Program-made: the position numbers and the translations under genes
Notes under the pieces: generated by a model
Seen by the model: only the letters and a program-made list of their open reading frames with translations
Database searches by the model: none
What the model was told of the DNA's origin: nothing
From: Vitrella brassicaformis CCMP3155
Lineage: Eukaryota; Protista; Chromerida
Reading direction: 5' to 3'
Assembly (NCBI GenBank): GCA_001179505.1
Contig: CDMY01000242.1
Span: 1 to 64,000 of the forward strand
Length of the DNA stretch: 64,000 nt
Shown here: positions 26,401 to 38,159 of the stretch, piece after piece
How the letters are laid out: every line of letters starts with the position of its first letter
Position numbering within the stretch: position 1 is the stretch's first letter

Positions 26401-29400
26401 CCACAGCGCAACACACCGACACACCGGGTGTGGTGTGAGTGAATCAATGAGTGAGACAGACAGTGAGACAGACAGACGAGAAACAACCAGCCAGCCAGAG
26501 CCCCCCCCCCCCCNNNNNNNNNNNNNNNNNNNNNNNNNNNNNNNNNNNNNNNNNNNNNNNNNNNNNNNNNNNNNNNNNNNNNNNNNNNNNNNNNNNNNNN
26601 NNNNNNNNNNNNNNNNNNNNNNNNNNNNNNNNNNNNNNNNNNNNNNNNNNNNNNNNNNNNNNNNNNNNNNNNNNNNNNNNNNNNNNNNNNNNNNNNNNNN
26701 NNNNNNNNNNNNNNNNNNNNNNNNNNNNNNNNNNNNNNNNNNNNNNNNNNNNNNNNNNNNNNNNNNNNNNNNNNNNNNNNNNNNNNNNNNNNNNNNNNNN
26801 NNNNNNNNNNNNNCCCCTCTGTATGTCATGTACACAGCAGCCAGCCGAAAGACCTAAACACTGAGTGATAGAAGAAGAATAGAATAGAATAGATGAGTGA
26901 GTCTGTCTGTGTGAAGTGAATGAATGGAATGTGTGTGTCTACCCACGCCACGCCCGGTGCATGACAAGACGATGCATACGCACATACGATAGATAGATAC
27001 GTATGGACCGACGGACGGACGGTAAAAAGCTGTGTGGCGCGCCGTGTCGTGTCGTGCCGCGTCTCATCCATCTGTCTGTCGTCCCTTCCCTTCCCTGACT
27101 GACTGACCCCTTGGCTGTCTCGGTAGGTGGGCGGCTGAGTGAAGAAAAGACGAGATCGAACCGTGGTCCGGTCCACCACACCAGCCGCCCTGCCGCCCAG
27201 CCCACCCATCCCGTCCACGCCACAGCCTGCCTATGCTATGCTTTATGATATCATCCCTCCACGAGTGAAAGCCACACTGCCATTAGCTATCTGTTATGTT
27301 GGTATGCCATGCTGCTCTGCTTCACAGATCGAAACGCTGACAGACAGATGAGAGAGACAAGTAGGTCGTAGGTAAAGATGTAATGTAATAAGAGTCCAAC
27401 CAAGCCAATCCAACGCATGCCACTCACCTAGCCACGCACCCAGCCGTCCGTCCGTCCGTCCGTCCGTCCGTATGCTCATCGAGCGTGTTGTGTTTCCGAC
27501 CCACCCGATGGATGCTCGTGTGAGAAAAAATACAGACCCCGATTGATTGATCGAAATACATCCAGACATGGCCCCGACCCGACGAGTGTGTAACCAGCCG
27601 TGCCGCCTTCCTTGCCTGTCCTGTGCACCCCCCCACCAGCCACCCAGCCACCCAGCCACTCAGCCACTCAGCCAGCCACTAGAAAGTAAGCAAGCCAAGC
27701 CAGACAGCCAGACAGACAGACAGTGCCAAAGTGATATGCCCGCTCGCTTGTTCCATGTAGCCCACCCAATGCCACGCAGCCAGCCGATAGAGAAAAGTGT
27801 ATTCTGGGTGCAAAAATACGATCACGCACGGGTGCAGGTGCAGGTGGTGGTGTGTAGTGTAGTGTGTCCGCCACTGCCTCCCTCTTCCGCCAGCCAGCTT
27901 TGCTCGCTCGCTCTCCTTGCAAATCCATTGTCCATCCTGCGTGCCCCCCATGACCGCGCCCCCCTCCACCATAGGCAGACATATCATATGTATGAGTGTG
28001 TGGACGTGTGGAATACAGCAATACAGCAATACAGCCAGCCAGCCATGGCACATCAATCATATATGATGGATGGGGTGTGAAAAGACTTCCCTCCCTACCG
28101 CGAATGAACCAAAAAGTAAGACGCTTGCCGCTCCTGACCCCAGCGCCTGTCGTCACACGCGGGCTCTCTCGACCTCTGCGCCGTACCAGAGACATTTCGA
28201 GAGGAAAGGTCCCAAGCCCACCACAGAGGGAGAGAGAGACACCCGCCAAAATGCGCGATGGGCCAGCGGCAGACAAATCCAATTGTGGTATGTGGTATGT
28301 GGTGGTGGCAGGCAGCCAGCCAGCCAGCAGCCGGCAAGGCGGCCTTGAAAAAGAAAACAAACCGTCATGACTGGCCATGGCTAACGAGCGGAGTGATAGC
28401 GAGCGAGAAGGGGGGGACGGGTGAACGAACATGGACACGCACTGACAGACAGACAGACAGACAGGCAGACACGGTTAGAAAATCGCGCGGGTGCACCGTT
28501 GTGCGCATCTCTCTCTCTCTTCTTTCTTTCCTCCCAGCGACCGACAGACACACAGACGGAGAGATGATGATGAGCCCATGATGGTACGAGAAATGTGTGA
28601 AGTGTGTCTGTGTGCAGGCAGGCAGGCAGGCAGCGTAGCAGCAGCAGCAGTAGTGTCCATTCATTCATTCGGCAGACCACTCACTGACCCATAGGCGAGG
28701 CTGGCAAAGAAACTTCTGGGGGCACGTCACGTCACATGTCTATCCACCCACCGCCCACCCACCCACCGTCTCCCATCAAACAGTGAACGCCATCGATTCC
28801 TTGATGACCGACTGGCCACAAAGCAAATTCACTTGGTGACGATGCCCCTAGACTCATCCGTCCATTCCATGGCCGTGTCATGTCAACAGCCAGCCAGCCA
28901 GCCAGCCACCCAGTCTGTGTTGGGATGTGTGTTGGGATATGTGTGTGTGTGTGTGTGTGTGAGTGTCCTCCTACATAAAAATGGCGAAACAGATGCTCTC
29001 TCTTCTCTCAGTCCACCCAGCCGTGAGTGACGCAAAAGACCTGACTACCACGTTTGCCTCTTCACCAGTGAGTGCACACGCATTCGTGTTAGTTACTTAT
29101 GTACCTGCCCTGAGAAAAACACCGTCAGCGTCAGCGTCAGCGTCAGAAGTGGTTGCTTGATTGACTGGTGGTGGGGAAACAAGGAAGAAGCACTTAAGTG
29201 ATCCCTCCCTCCCCTCCCTCCGAGAACCTAAAAGGGCGGGTCCTCGTGTGCGTGCGTGCGTGTGTGTGTGCGTGCGATGGGTGTGTGGCAAAAGGCGTGT
29301 TGGAACACAGCACAGCACACACAGCACAATCAGCCAGACGTGTGTGTGACAGTGACACCCCCAGACAGACAGACAGACAGACAGCCAGACAGGCAGACAG

Positions 29401-30090
29401 ACAGGCAGGCAGTCGGGCAGTCGGTCGGTTGGCATCACATCTCATCACCACGGGGGATGGTATGGTGGGCAGGGCTGGCAGGCAGGAAGGCCGACTCTCT
29501 TCCTTGTCCCATCTATCTATCCATCCATCCGTCTGTTAAGCACAAGACACCATAGGCAGCCAGGCAGGCATCAAAGCAGGCAGGCATCGAAGCAGGCAGG
29601 CAGGCAGGCAGGCAGCAGATACAGGCCTCTCTCTTTACACGTCACTCCCACCCACCACAGGCAGGCCGGCACTCAGTCGGTCACTCACTCAGACAATCCA
29701 TCCAATCACCCACCTCGGCTCGGCCATTCCTCCCCTCCAAGTTCTCTCTCGTCCGTCCCCAGATGACATGCAGGCCAGGCATGTGTATGTGTGTGACACC
29801 GGCAACGGAAGTCAACACAAACACACACGCACCGGGAAACAATCACACTCAGGCGACCAGCCAAGGTATCGGCATCGGCAGCAGCAGCAGCAGCAGCAGA
29901 AAAGGCAGCGGCATGGCAGACAGACACAACACACGAGATCTCCGCCCACACGCCCGCCCTCTTGCTTGTCCATCCATCCACCCATCAGTCAAGGAGGCAT
30001 GCATGATGCTCGCCAGCCAGCCGTATGGCTAGGCAACAGCAGCAACAGCACCAATACAGTCAGTCAGTCAGTCAATGCAACGCACGCACC
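23490..30090. repeat. About 6.6-kb convergent intergenic region dominated by tetranucleotide and dinucleotide microsatellites (CCAT, CAGG, GACA, CAGC, CA)
   Basis: No coherent exon chain or protein motif found. The ORFs here are repeat-derived. Contains the N gap at 26514-26813. Confidence 0.65.
26514..26813. other. Assembly gap (300 N)
   Basis: Run of N next to a poly-C tract. Confidence 0.98.
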
Positions 30091-30610
30091 TCAGGGCGGA
30101 GCGGGCAGTGAGTTGGTGGGTGGGTATCTAGTACTGTACATGATAAATACTGGGATAGGACGATGTGGACGACAGGTGCTGCCCACCCGACGAGGTAATG
30201 CCCTGGGGTCCACCGCCAACGCCGCCACCGTTGCCACCTGACGGACCTTGGGTGGGCGCATACTGAAGGAATCAACACACACACACCCAACAACACAACA
30301 GATGAATAAAACACATGTATGTATGAGCATCAAACAAAAGATGGATGTCCATTGTGGTGTGGTCCCGTGCCCTCTGCCCGTGTGTCTCCTCACCCTCACC
30401 CTTGAGCCAAAGGATCCCCCCGATGGCTGCGGGCCGCCGAACGCACCCCCGCCACCCCCGCCGCCGCCGTACCCCGATGACGCGGGGTAGGTTGGCATGC
30501 CCATGCCCGACGCCTGCGCCCCCGCTGGCGGCATCAGCATCTTCTCCTCCTCGTAGCTCCGCTGCACCAGCAACAGGTGAGCCGTGTGCACGGCCGACAG
30601 AGGACCTGCA

Positions 30611-30643
<33 letters not shown>

Positions 30644-32612
30644 GGGCCATCCAGACAACCAGTTCGTTCGTTTGGTATGCGTGTTGATGTTGATGTGATG
30701 GTTACTTACCGCTGACGGTGACCCTTCGCATGGTGGTGGGGAGCCCATCTGTCTTGGGGCTGACGTTGACCCTTGCACCCGACTGCTGCTGCACCTCAGT
30801 CAGCCCCCGCCCCTGCGACCGCATCAGATTCACCACCGTCGCGTCAGACAACTGATCACGCACACACACAGTACATCAACCAGAACCAGGCAGAGAGTAA
30901 TTGATGTACAAGGTGCCGTGTAACCGCGCCTGTGACGTCTACTCACCTGCACATCGACTGTGACGGGGTAGAGGAGGACATCTGCCGGTGCAGTGTTGCC
31001 GATGCTGCCGTAGGCCCCAGTGTAGGGCAGCGGTGGCTGGTACATCTGCGCCTGACCCATCCGGCCCGTGGGGGTCGGGCCGTAGTACGGGAACTGCCCA
31101 TATCCCCCACCCATACCGCTCACATCGCCGTAGCCGTAGGCCGACGCACCGAAGGGTCCCTGTGCTGCTGATGGGGGGTACATGACGCTGCGGGCGCCGA
31201 CCTGGGGTGTGGCGGTGAATGTGGATGCGCTGGGGGGGGTGGGAGGGGTGAAGGAGGGGAATGAGGGCATGGCGTATGGGTATCGCTGGTACTGTGTGAA
31301 CTGGGGGTAGGAGACGCTCTGGTAGTAGGGGAGGTTGGGGTCCTGCTGGATGGTGTTCGCCACCTTGCCGATGGCCTTGTAGCACTGCTCAAAGGTGCCA
31401 GACAACGACACTATCCTCTCCTGTGGGACCGGACCGATCCACATGACACACGACACACACAGAGGGGTCAGCGCCACATGTCGTGGTGGTGGTTGGTCCG
31501 ATCATGCATCTCTTCTGGCTGGCTGGCTGGCTGGCATGTTTGTTCTCACTCCCTCACCTGTAGTCCGAATTCATCTTCCTTTGCGGACACGTGTACCCGC
31601 GCGCCGCTCTCCTCCTGGATGACCTTGACGTTCGTCCCACCCATCCCTATGATGCTGCCCACGGACGACTTGGGCACCACACACCGAACCATGATCTGGT
31701 CAACATGACAACCACAGACAACCAATGAATGCCGACCAGCAACACATTCGCATCGATGTCAGTCAGGCTCGAGCAATCGAGTAAAGGCCCTTCCCTTTGG
31801 TGCATGGTTAGTTACCTTGACGGTTGCGTCATCTGGTGGTGGTGCGGCGGCGGGCCCCGGGAGTGCCATGTGTTGCGATCTCGCCACCTGGACGGCCTCG
31901 TCGCGGATCTTGTCGAGGACCGTCTCGAGCGCCTTGACGATGTGCTCCAGCTGGCCGGTCAGAAACACCACTCGATCCTCCGTGCCGGGGAAGAACTCAC
32001 GACCCGCTGACAGCTTCAACCGGGCACCCGTCTCCTCCTGCAAATGCGTGATGACCGAACCTGCAGGTAACCACACACACAGCCACACAGGCACTGGATG
32101 AGAGGCACTGACCCCTCTGTGTGTGTGTGCGTCGGTGTGCGGGCGGACTGACCACTTCTGCCGATGATGGATCCGGCGACGACGTTGCTGACGAGTAGTT
32201 TGAAGTAGTGCGGCCCACCGTCGCCGACCGACCCCTCCCCCCGGTCCTCGGCCCTCGGCTCCCTCTCCCGACCCTCCCTCCTCGCACCACCCGCACCAGA
32301 CTTCTCCTTGCCCTTGCCCAGTGTAGGCGTCGGCGCCCCCGTGCTGGCGGCCGTCGTCTCGCCCGCCGTGTGGGACACTGTGGTGGCGCTGCTGGCTGCG
32401 GGGGCCGCCGCTTTGGATGCGGCGGCCTGGGGCTCTGGCTCGTGTGGGGGTCCTGCTTCCTCCCTCTCCATGCCTATGGGGTGAGTGGTGTGGTCGTCGA
32501 TGCCGTTGCGGGGGGCGGTGGTGGTGGCAGTGGCGGGGCTGGCGCCCTCTGAGGCATCCTTGTGCTCGAGTTCCTTGTCACGGGTGTCTGTGGGCGAGGC
32601 TGCACCCTCCAT
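30091..32612 (-). CDS. Three-KH-domain RNA-binding protein, Nova/PCBP/BTR1-like
   Basis: KH1 YFKLLVSNVVAGSIIGRSG|SVITHLQEETGARLKLS..EFFPGTEDRVV. KH2 VPKSSVGSIIGMGGTNVKVIQEESGARV..QERIVSLSG. Y/P/G-rich linker. KH3 with an altered loop (NLMRSQG). The FFPGT.DR signature is typical of the Nova/BTR1 group. Confidence 0.9.
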
Positions 32613-33212
32613 GTAGCCGCACATAAAGGGGGACGAGGGACTTGCCTCGTGCTCCAGGGTGGTGGGGTCCTAGATGGCTGGCTAGCCTCGAGGAAAGGGT
32701 GGTGGGGGACGGACGGACGGATGCCAACCGATAGATACTCCTGCTGCAGCGACAGCCGAATGGTGCGGTGCCCCGGCCAATCAGTGGCCAATCTGAACAC
32801 ACACACACCGACACAGAGCAAAAGGCAACAGAGGTCACAGAAGGTATCCCCTGTCAGTCCCGGCTCGTTTGGTGGGACGAGCACTCATGCCCGCCCCGCC
32901 ACGCCATGTCTCAGTCCCCGTGCAAGCCCTCCTCACCGGTACGAGATGACCCCCCCGACAGACAGCCGTGCTGTTACGACGCACCCACGCACTGCTGATC
33001 CTCCTGCCTCTCTCGCACACAGAGGCACGGGAAGGCGCACAAACACCTCACAAGCCGCCTCTTCTCGAGACTGTTCTGCTGTGTTTGCGCTTCCTCCTGA
33101 CGAGCTTGCTGACCGGGCCGAACAGGGACTGCGCAACGACGATGAACCGCCCTCTCCCGACCGCCACTGACTCGCAAGCAACACTCAGATCGAACAACTG
33201 CCTCGGGATGCT

Positions 33213-33256
33213 GCGGATGGCTCCTCGCCTAAGCGGATGGCTCCGCGCCTAAGCGG
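33213..33256 (+). repeat. 20-bp tandem repeat (2.2 copies, one mismatch) in the KH/SR divergent spacer
   Basis: GCGGATGGCTCCTCGCCTAA-GCGGATGGCTCCGCGCCTAA-GCGG. Confidence 0.9.
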
Positions 33257-33313
33257 TCTTGCCTTTGCTCCTGCCTTACAGCCTTTGGACTGGCACGTTC
33301 CGTCGCGATGGCG

Positions 33314-33347
33314 AAGCTCGCACATGAGAGGGGGATTTAAGCTCGCA
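33314..33347 (-). promoter_or_regulatory. Two TGCGAGCTT motifs (33314-33322, 33339-33347) upstream of the SR gene
   Basis: Plus strand reads AAGCTCGCA twice, 25 bp apart. Confidence 0.55.
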
Positions 33348-33421
33348 GTCTGAGGAGATTCGTACTTTCTTGCACCGCAGATCTTACGGTACCATACTCC
33401 TGCTTGAGGCTGAATAGTAAG

Positions 33422-34592
33422 ATGAGCGACGAGCGCGACGACCGCCGAGACGACCGCGACGACGCGCCTCGCGAGCGCGTCCGTGAGGAGGACACGTGCT
33501 CTCTCCTCATCCGGAACCTGCGCTACGGTGAGCAACACGAGAATGGGAAGCAAGGAGAGCGAGGAGTCGACAGAGACACGACCACAGACATGATGGAGCG
33601 TCTGTGGAATCTGGTGTGTGCAGAGACGTCCCCTGAGATGGTTCGGAAGGAGTTTGAGCGTTTCGGTACGGTTCGTGACGTGTATCTGCCCCTCGACTAC
33701 TCCACCCGCAAGCCGCGCGGCTTCGGGTTCGTCGAGTTCATGTCGAGGGACGATGCTGAGAGAGCCATGGACGAGATGAACCAGGTAGGGGAGGGTGGGT
33801 GCGTGGGTGGGGCACACAAACAGCAGAGCAGGACGGCATTGTGGTGGTCTTGCTGCTGCCGTGTGTCAGAGTACGTTTGACGGCAACACCATTAGCGTGA
33901 TGAGGGCTCAACACGGACGCAAATCGGTCAGTCAGCAGGCGATCTTGACGCCCGAGGACGGAACGGAAGAGTCCCTCTCACACACCATCCTTCTCCCTCC
34001 CTTGTGTGCGTCTCCCCTTTCCTCCAGCCCGGCGCCATGCGCAACCGAATGCCCTCGGACGGCGGCGGGTCAGCTCAGCAGCAGACGAAAGAAAACATCA
34101 AACGTGCCTTTGTTGATGCGATGCCGACACGTGTGTGTGACATTTGTGTCTATTGCTCTGTGTGCAGGCGTCGTGGCAGTGGCGGTGGCGGTGGGTACGG
34201 TCGTGACCGTTACCGTGACCGCAGTCGCTCGCGCGAGAGGGACAGGGACTACCGCCGGCGATACGATGACGACGAGTACGACCGCCGCCGCCGCCGCTAC
34301 GACGACGATGACCGAGACTACAGGCGCGACCGTGACGACCGCGATGGGTCGGTGGGTGGGACAGACAGACAGACAGATTCTCAGCCACACACGCACACAC
34401 ACACACACGCACACAAGGTTGTGTGACATGGACGCATGGCATGAGGTGTTGGTCGTGTGTGTCGCTTTTGGCTGCAGGGACCGTCGTGGCGGTGGTGGTG
34501 GCGGGCGTGACTATGCCTACGACAGGCGTGATGACCGTGACCGCGAGGAGAGGAACGGCTACCACCGTGACGACCGACGCGACGACCGGTGA
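33422..34592 (+). CDS. SC35/SCL-like serine/arginine-rich splicing factor (RRM plus RD/RS tail)
   Basis: SLLIRNLRY|ETSPEMVRKEFERFGTVRDVYLPLDYSTRKPRGFGFVEF matches the RNP2/RNP1 pattern of the SC35/SRSF10 group. Followed by an R/D/S-rich tail. Confidence 0.92.
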
Positions 34593-35915
34593 GCACATCT
34601 GCTGGGTGGAGGGCTGGCTGGGCAAGGGCCAAGGAGGGGAGCAAGGACGGAGCTCTAAGCAGCAAGACAAGAGAGGCCAGGCCAAGTCAAGTCGAGCCAA
34701 GCATGAGCAGCTGCCTGCCATTAACGTAGAAGACTCAAGAGAGAAGATTTGATGACTGATGCCTGAATGGGGCACGGCACGTTGATTGAGTCAGAAGATT
34801 TGCAAGCTGGCCGGCTGGCTGGCTGGGTGGCTGGCAAGGCCAAGACAAGAGCCCAGAAGACAAGACAAGCCGTGTGGTGTGCATGAGAGACTGATACCTA
34901 CTGACTTACTGACACAAGACACACCACACCGACAGACAAGACACACAAGCAAGCAGCAGCGAGAGAGGGGACGGACGGACAAGGTGTCAGTCGGTGGGCT
35001 GGCTCACGAACACGTCATGTGTCTATGTGCATGCGCTGCATCGATGTCATCTCTTTGTGCGCTTCAATGTGCCCTCATTCTGTTTCTCTGTCTGTCTGTC
35101 TGTCTGTCTGTCTGTGCGTGTGTCTGTGTGTGCAGCGACCGTGACTGAGCAAGGCGTACACACCAAGACCCATCACACCGACCACCGTCATCCCAGGCCA
35201 ATGTGGTGGCGCGGAGGCATGCATGCTGGTGTGGACGTGGATGAATGGATGTGTGTCCGCGGATGGATGAATGGACGGCAGTGTTGGACTGAGTGGCCTG
35301 CCTGGCTGCAGACTTAATTTGGGGAGGGGATGGCTGGCTGCGTGGGCTGCTTTGAATTGAATTATGTGTGTGTGATGTGTGTGTGGTGCATGGCATGAGT
35401 GGATTGATCTGACGGCAGCGTCTGTCTTGATCCATCTGCTGTTGAGGATGAGGGCTACCTCCATCGCCTCCTCCTCAGAGGGAAGGAGGCGGCAGAGGTC
35501 GACCGCAATAGACAGCGAATTGGTCAACGGGGGCACATTGAGACCGTTCATTGATGTCATGACGATGAATGCATGGATCGTCACCGGTGACGTCTGTACA
35601 GTCCTCCCCGTCGTCCATCCATTCATCCCACCATGGCACGCCACACCAGATCATCTCTTCTCTAACTCTCTGCTCCCCGAGTTCTCACCGTGGCCAAGCA
35701 GAGAGGGCAAGCAGTACAAGACAACCGCACGCTGGACAGCAAAGAGATTGACCAGCGCATAAGCCGGCACAACACACCAGCAGGCAGCCACGTCTGCACA
35801 GCCCCAACCACCTCATGAATGACGCACTAGCTGACGAGATGCATCCCAATATCGCCCATCGGCATGAACACTCACTCATACACACACAGCAGCTGGCTAT
35901 CGACACAGACACACG

Positions 35916-37908
35916 TCATTCGTCATTCGTCGTCATCCCCCACTGTTCTAGGCCTCCTCTTAATGCGACCTGACACACACACACACACACACACCGAGTG
36001 AGCCAGCATCGACACATTGCCACGACACGGACACGCAGACTAACCTCGCTTCTTGATGGGCGACTCCGGGTCGTCGTCATCGTCATCCTCACCCATCTTG
36101 CTAGCCGCCCCCTCAGCCCCGCCGCCGCCCCCCTCGGCCTGACCGGCCGCCTCCCGCTTCACACCACCACCTACCTGCACTCATGCACACGAAAGAAACG
36201 AGATGGCCGCATGGGCGCATCATCCATGCCTTCTCTGGTGTGGCGCCCACCTTGTCTGTTCCGGCGTCATCGTCTTGCTTGGATTCAACTGCTGCTGCTG
36301 CTGCTGCTGCCTCCTCCTTCTGTTTGGCGGCCTTGGCTTTCTGCTCCTTCTCCTTGTCCTTCTGCGGCTCCTTCTGCTCGCGTGTGATCCTCTCCCTCTC
36401 CTCCTTATTCTTGGCCTTGTTGTGCTTGAATTTGTCCGCCATGGCTTTCATCCGGGCGTCCTTGTCAGGCCTCTCCTCATCCGCCTCACAGCCATACGCT
36501 GCCTCGTCGTCATCGTCATCATCGGTGTCCATGTACTCGTCCTCGCTGTCGCCACCGCCACGGCGCTTCTTGGCCTGCCCCTTGCCCTTCCCCTGACGCG
36601 CCTTTGGGCGACCTGACGACACACACAGAGGGAGGGAGAAGGAATATGTTCGTCTGTCAATGGACGGATGGATGGATGGATGGATGGGAGCATGCAGTGC
36701 AGAGAGTGTGAGTGTGTCCCGACCCCAAGCATCCCCGCATCGCATCTAGCGGCAAGGCTGCCAACATAGTCCAAGACTCGCTTGCTCTACGGTTGGCCAA
36801 AGGCCCTTAGCGACGGGTGGGTGAAAGAAATTAATCAGCCCATCGAGGGTTCGGATCCAACCAATCACTCAGTCACTTTCGCCTGCCTGCCTGCCCACGC
36901 CTTTCTTTTCTCCCTCATAGGTACCTACCTGCATTTGCGCGTGCCTCTTGGTGCTGGTCCCCCTGCTCCTCGGACTTTATCTGCTCTGCCTGCCTGTTGA
37001 AACGCTGTGCACGGCACGGGAGGGAGGGAGCCACACAAAGACAGACAGACAGGTGGGATGATATCATTTGTAGTGCAGTGCAGTGCATGGTGGCTGTGTT
37101 GTGTTGTGTGTTGTGTGTTCCTCTCTGGCGCGTCGCTCAGCCACTGACCGCCTTGACGGGTTTGGGCAGGCTGGTCCACTTCTTCTTGGCGGCGAGCCAC
37201 AACTCATACGTCGTCCGCTCGGGATTGCACTCCTGCACCACACACACGCACGCATCATATCGACAACTGTTCCATCATGCCCCCCTCCCTGCCTCCCTCT
37301 TGTGATGGGTGCTGTGCTGACGGACCACTAGAAACTCCAGACAGTCAGCGCTGAATATGTCCACCCCGCCCCTCTCCTGCTTGTCCCCCTCCCCCTCGCC
37401 ATCCTCCTCCCCCTCGCCGCCCTCCTTGTCCTTCTTAGTGGCCTTCTTGCCACCCTTGCTGCTGATGGCCTCCCTGCCCTTCATCACCGTTTTGGCCACC
37501 TCCAGGGCGGAGGGGAGGGGCAGCTGGAAGGCCGGCGTCACCGACACGAGGTGAGATCTGCTGTCCTCCGCTAACTTGCGATGCCCCTGACACGACACAC
37601 ATTGCAGATAGATCTAGGTATGGGATGGATGGCGTGTGGAGAGAGATGCCATGTGTTTTCGTACCTGCCTGGCCGCCTCAGGGGTGTCCTTCCACTCCTC
37701 TGGGGGCACACAGGCGGAATGCAGAAGCGCACACATGAGCAGATCCATCCGTTGCTATTACGAGTTGTGGCAGCGCCGATGGCTCACTGTCGATTTGGTG
37801 GAATATGTCGGCCTCCGCGTCTTCAGACAGCTCCCCCTTGGCCCTGTGTTCCTTCCACTTGTTGAAGAGGAACATGGTGTAGCCCGTCATGGGCGGCAGA
37901 CACGACAT
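35916..37908 (-). CDS. Protein with two divergent HMG boxes and an acidic/basic low-complexity tail
   Basis: Stitched box 1: MSCLPPMTGYTMFLFNKWKEHRAK...DIFHQID|KEWKDTPEAARQ|GHRKLAEDSR. Box 2: GVDIFSADCLEFL|ECNPERTTYELWLAAKKKWTSLPKPVKA|RFNRQAEQIK. The W-K and aromatic spacing fits HMG boxes. Not confirmed by a profile search. Confidence 0.7.
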
Positions 37909-38159
37909 CACGCTTTTATAGCTAAGCCGAGCGATGACACAGCGCTGCTGCACCCCTCCTACATCCCCATTTCCGGCAAAAACTGCCAGCTCAGACAGGG
38001 CATCATCGTCCGTAAAACCGCTGGAAGGATCGTCGCAAGAAAGTGACGCCGAAGGTGAACGGAAGGCGCCTCAAAGGCGTGCGATGCTGCATCCATCCAT
38101 CCATCCATCCATCCATCCATCCATGAGCCAGTGACGAATTGAATTGCCCTCCACCCACC

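Noticed and set aside
35075-35644. Minus-strand ORF downstream of the HMG gene
   Set aside because: Lies after the HMG stop, mostly repeat-derived, no motif.
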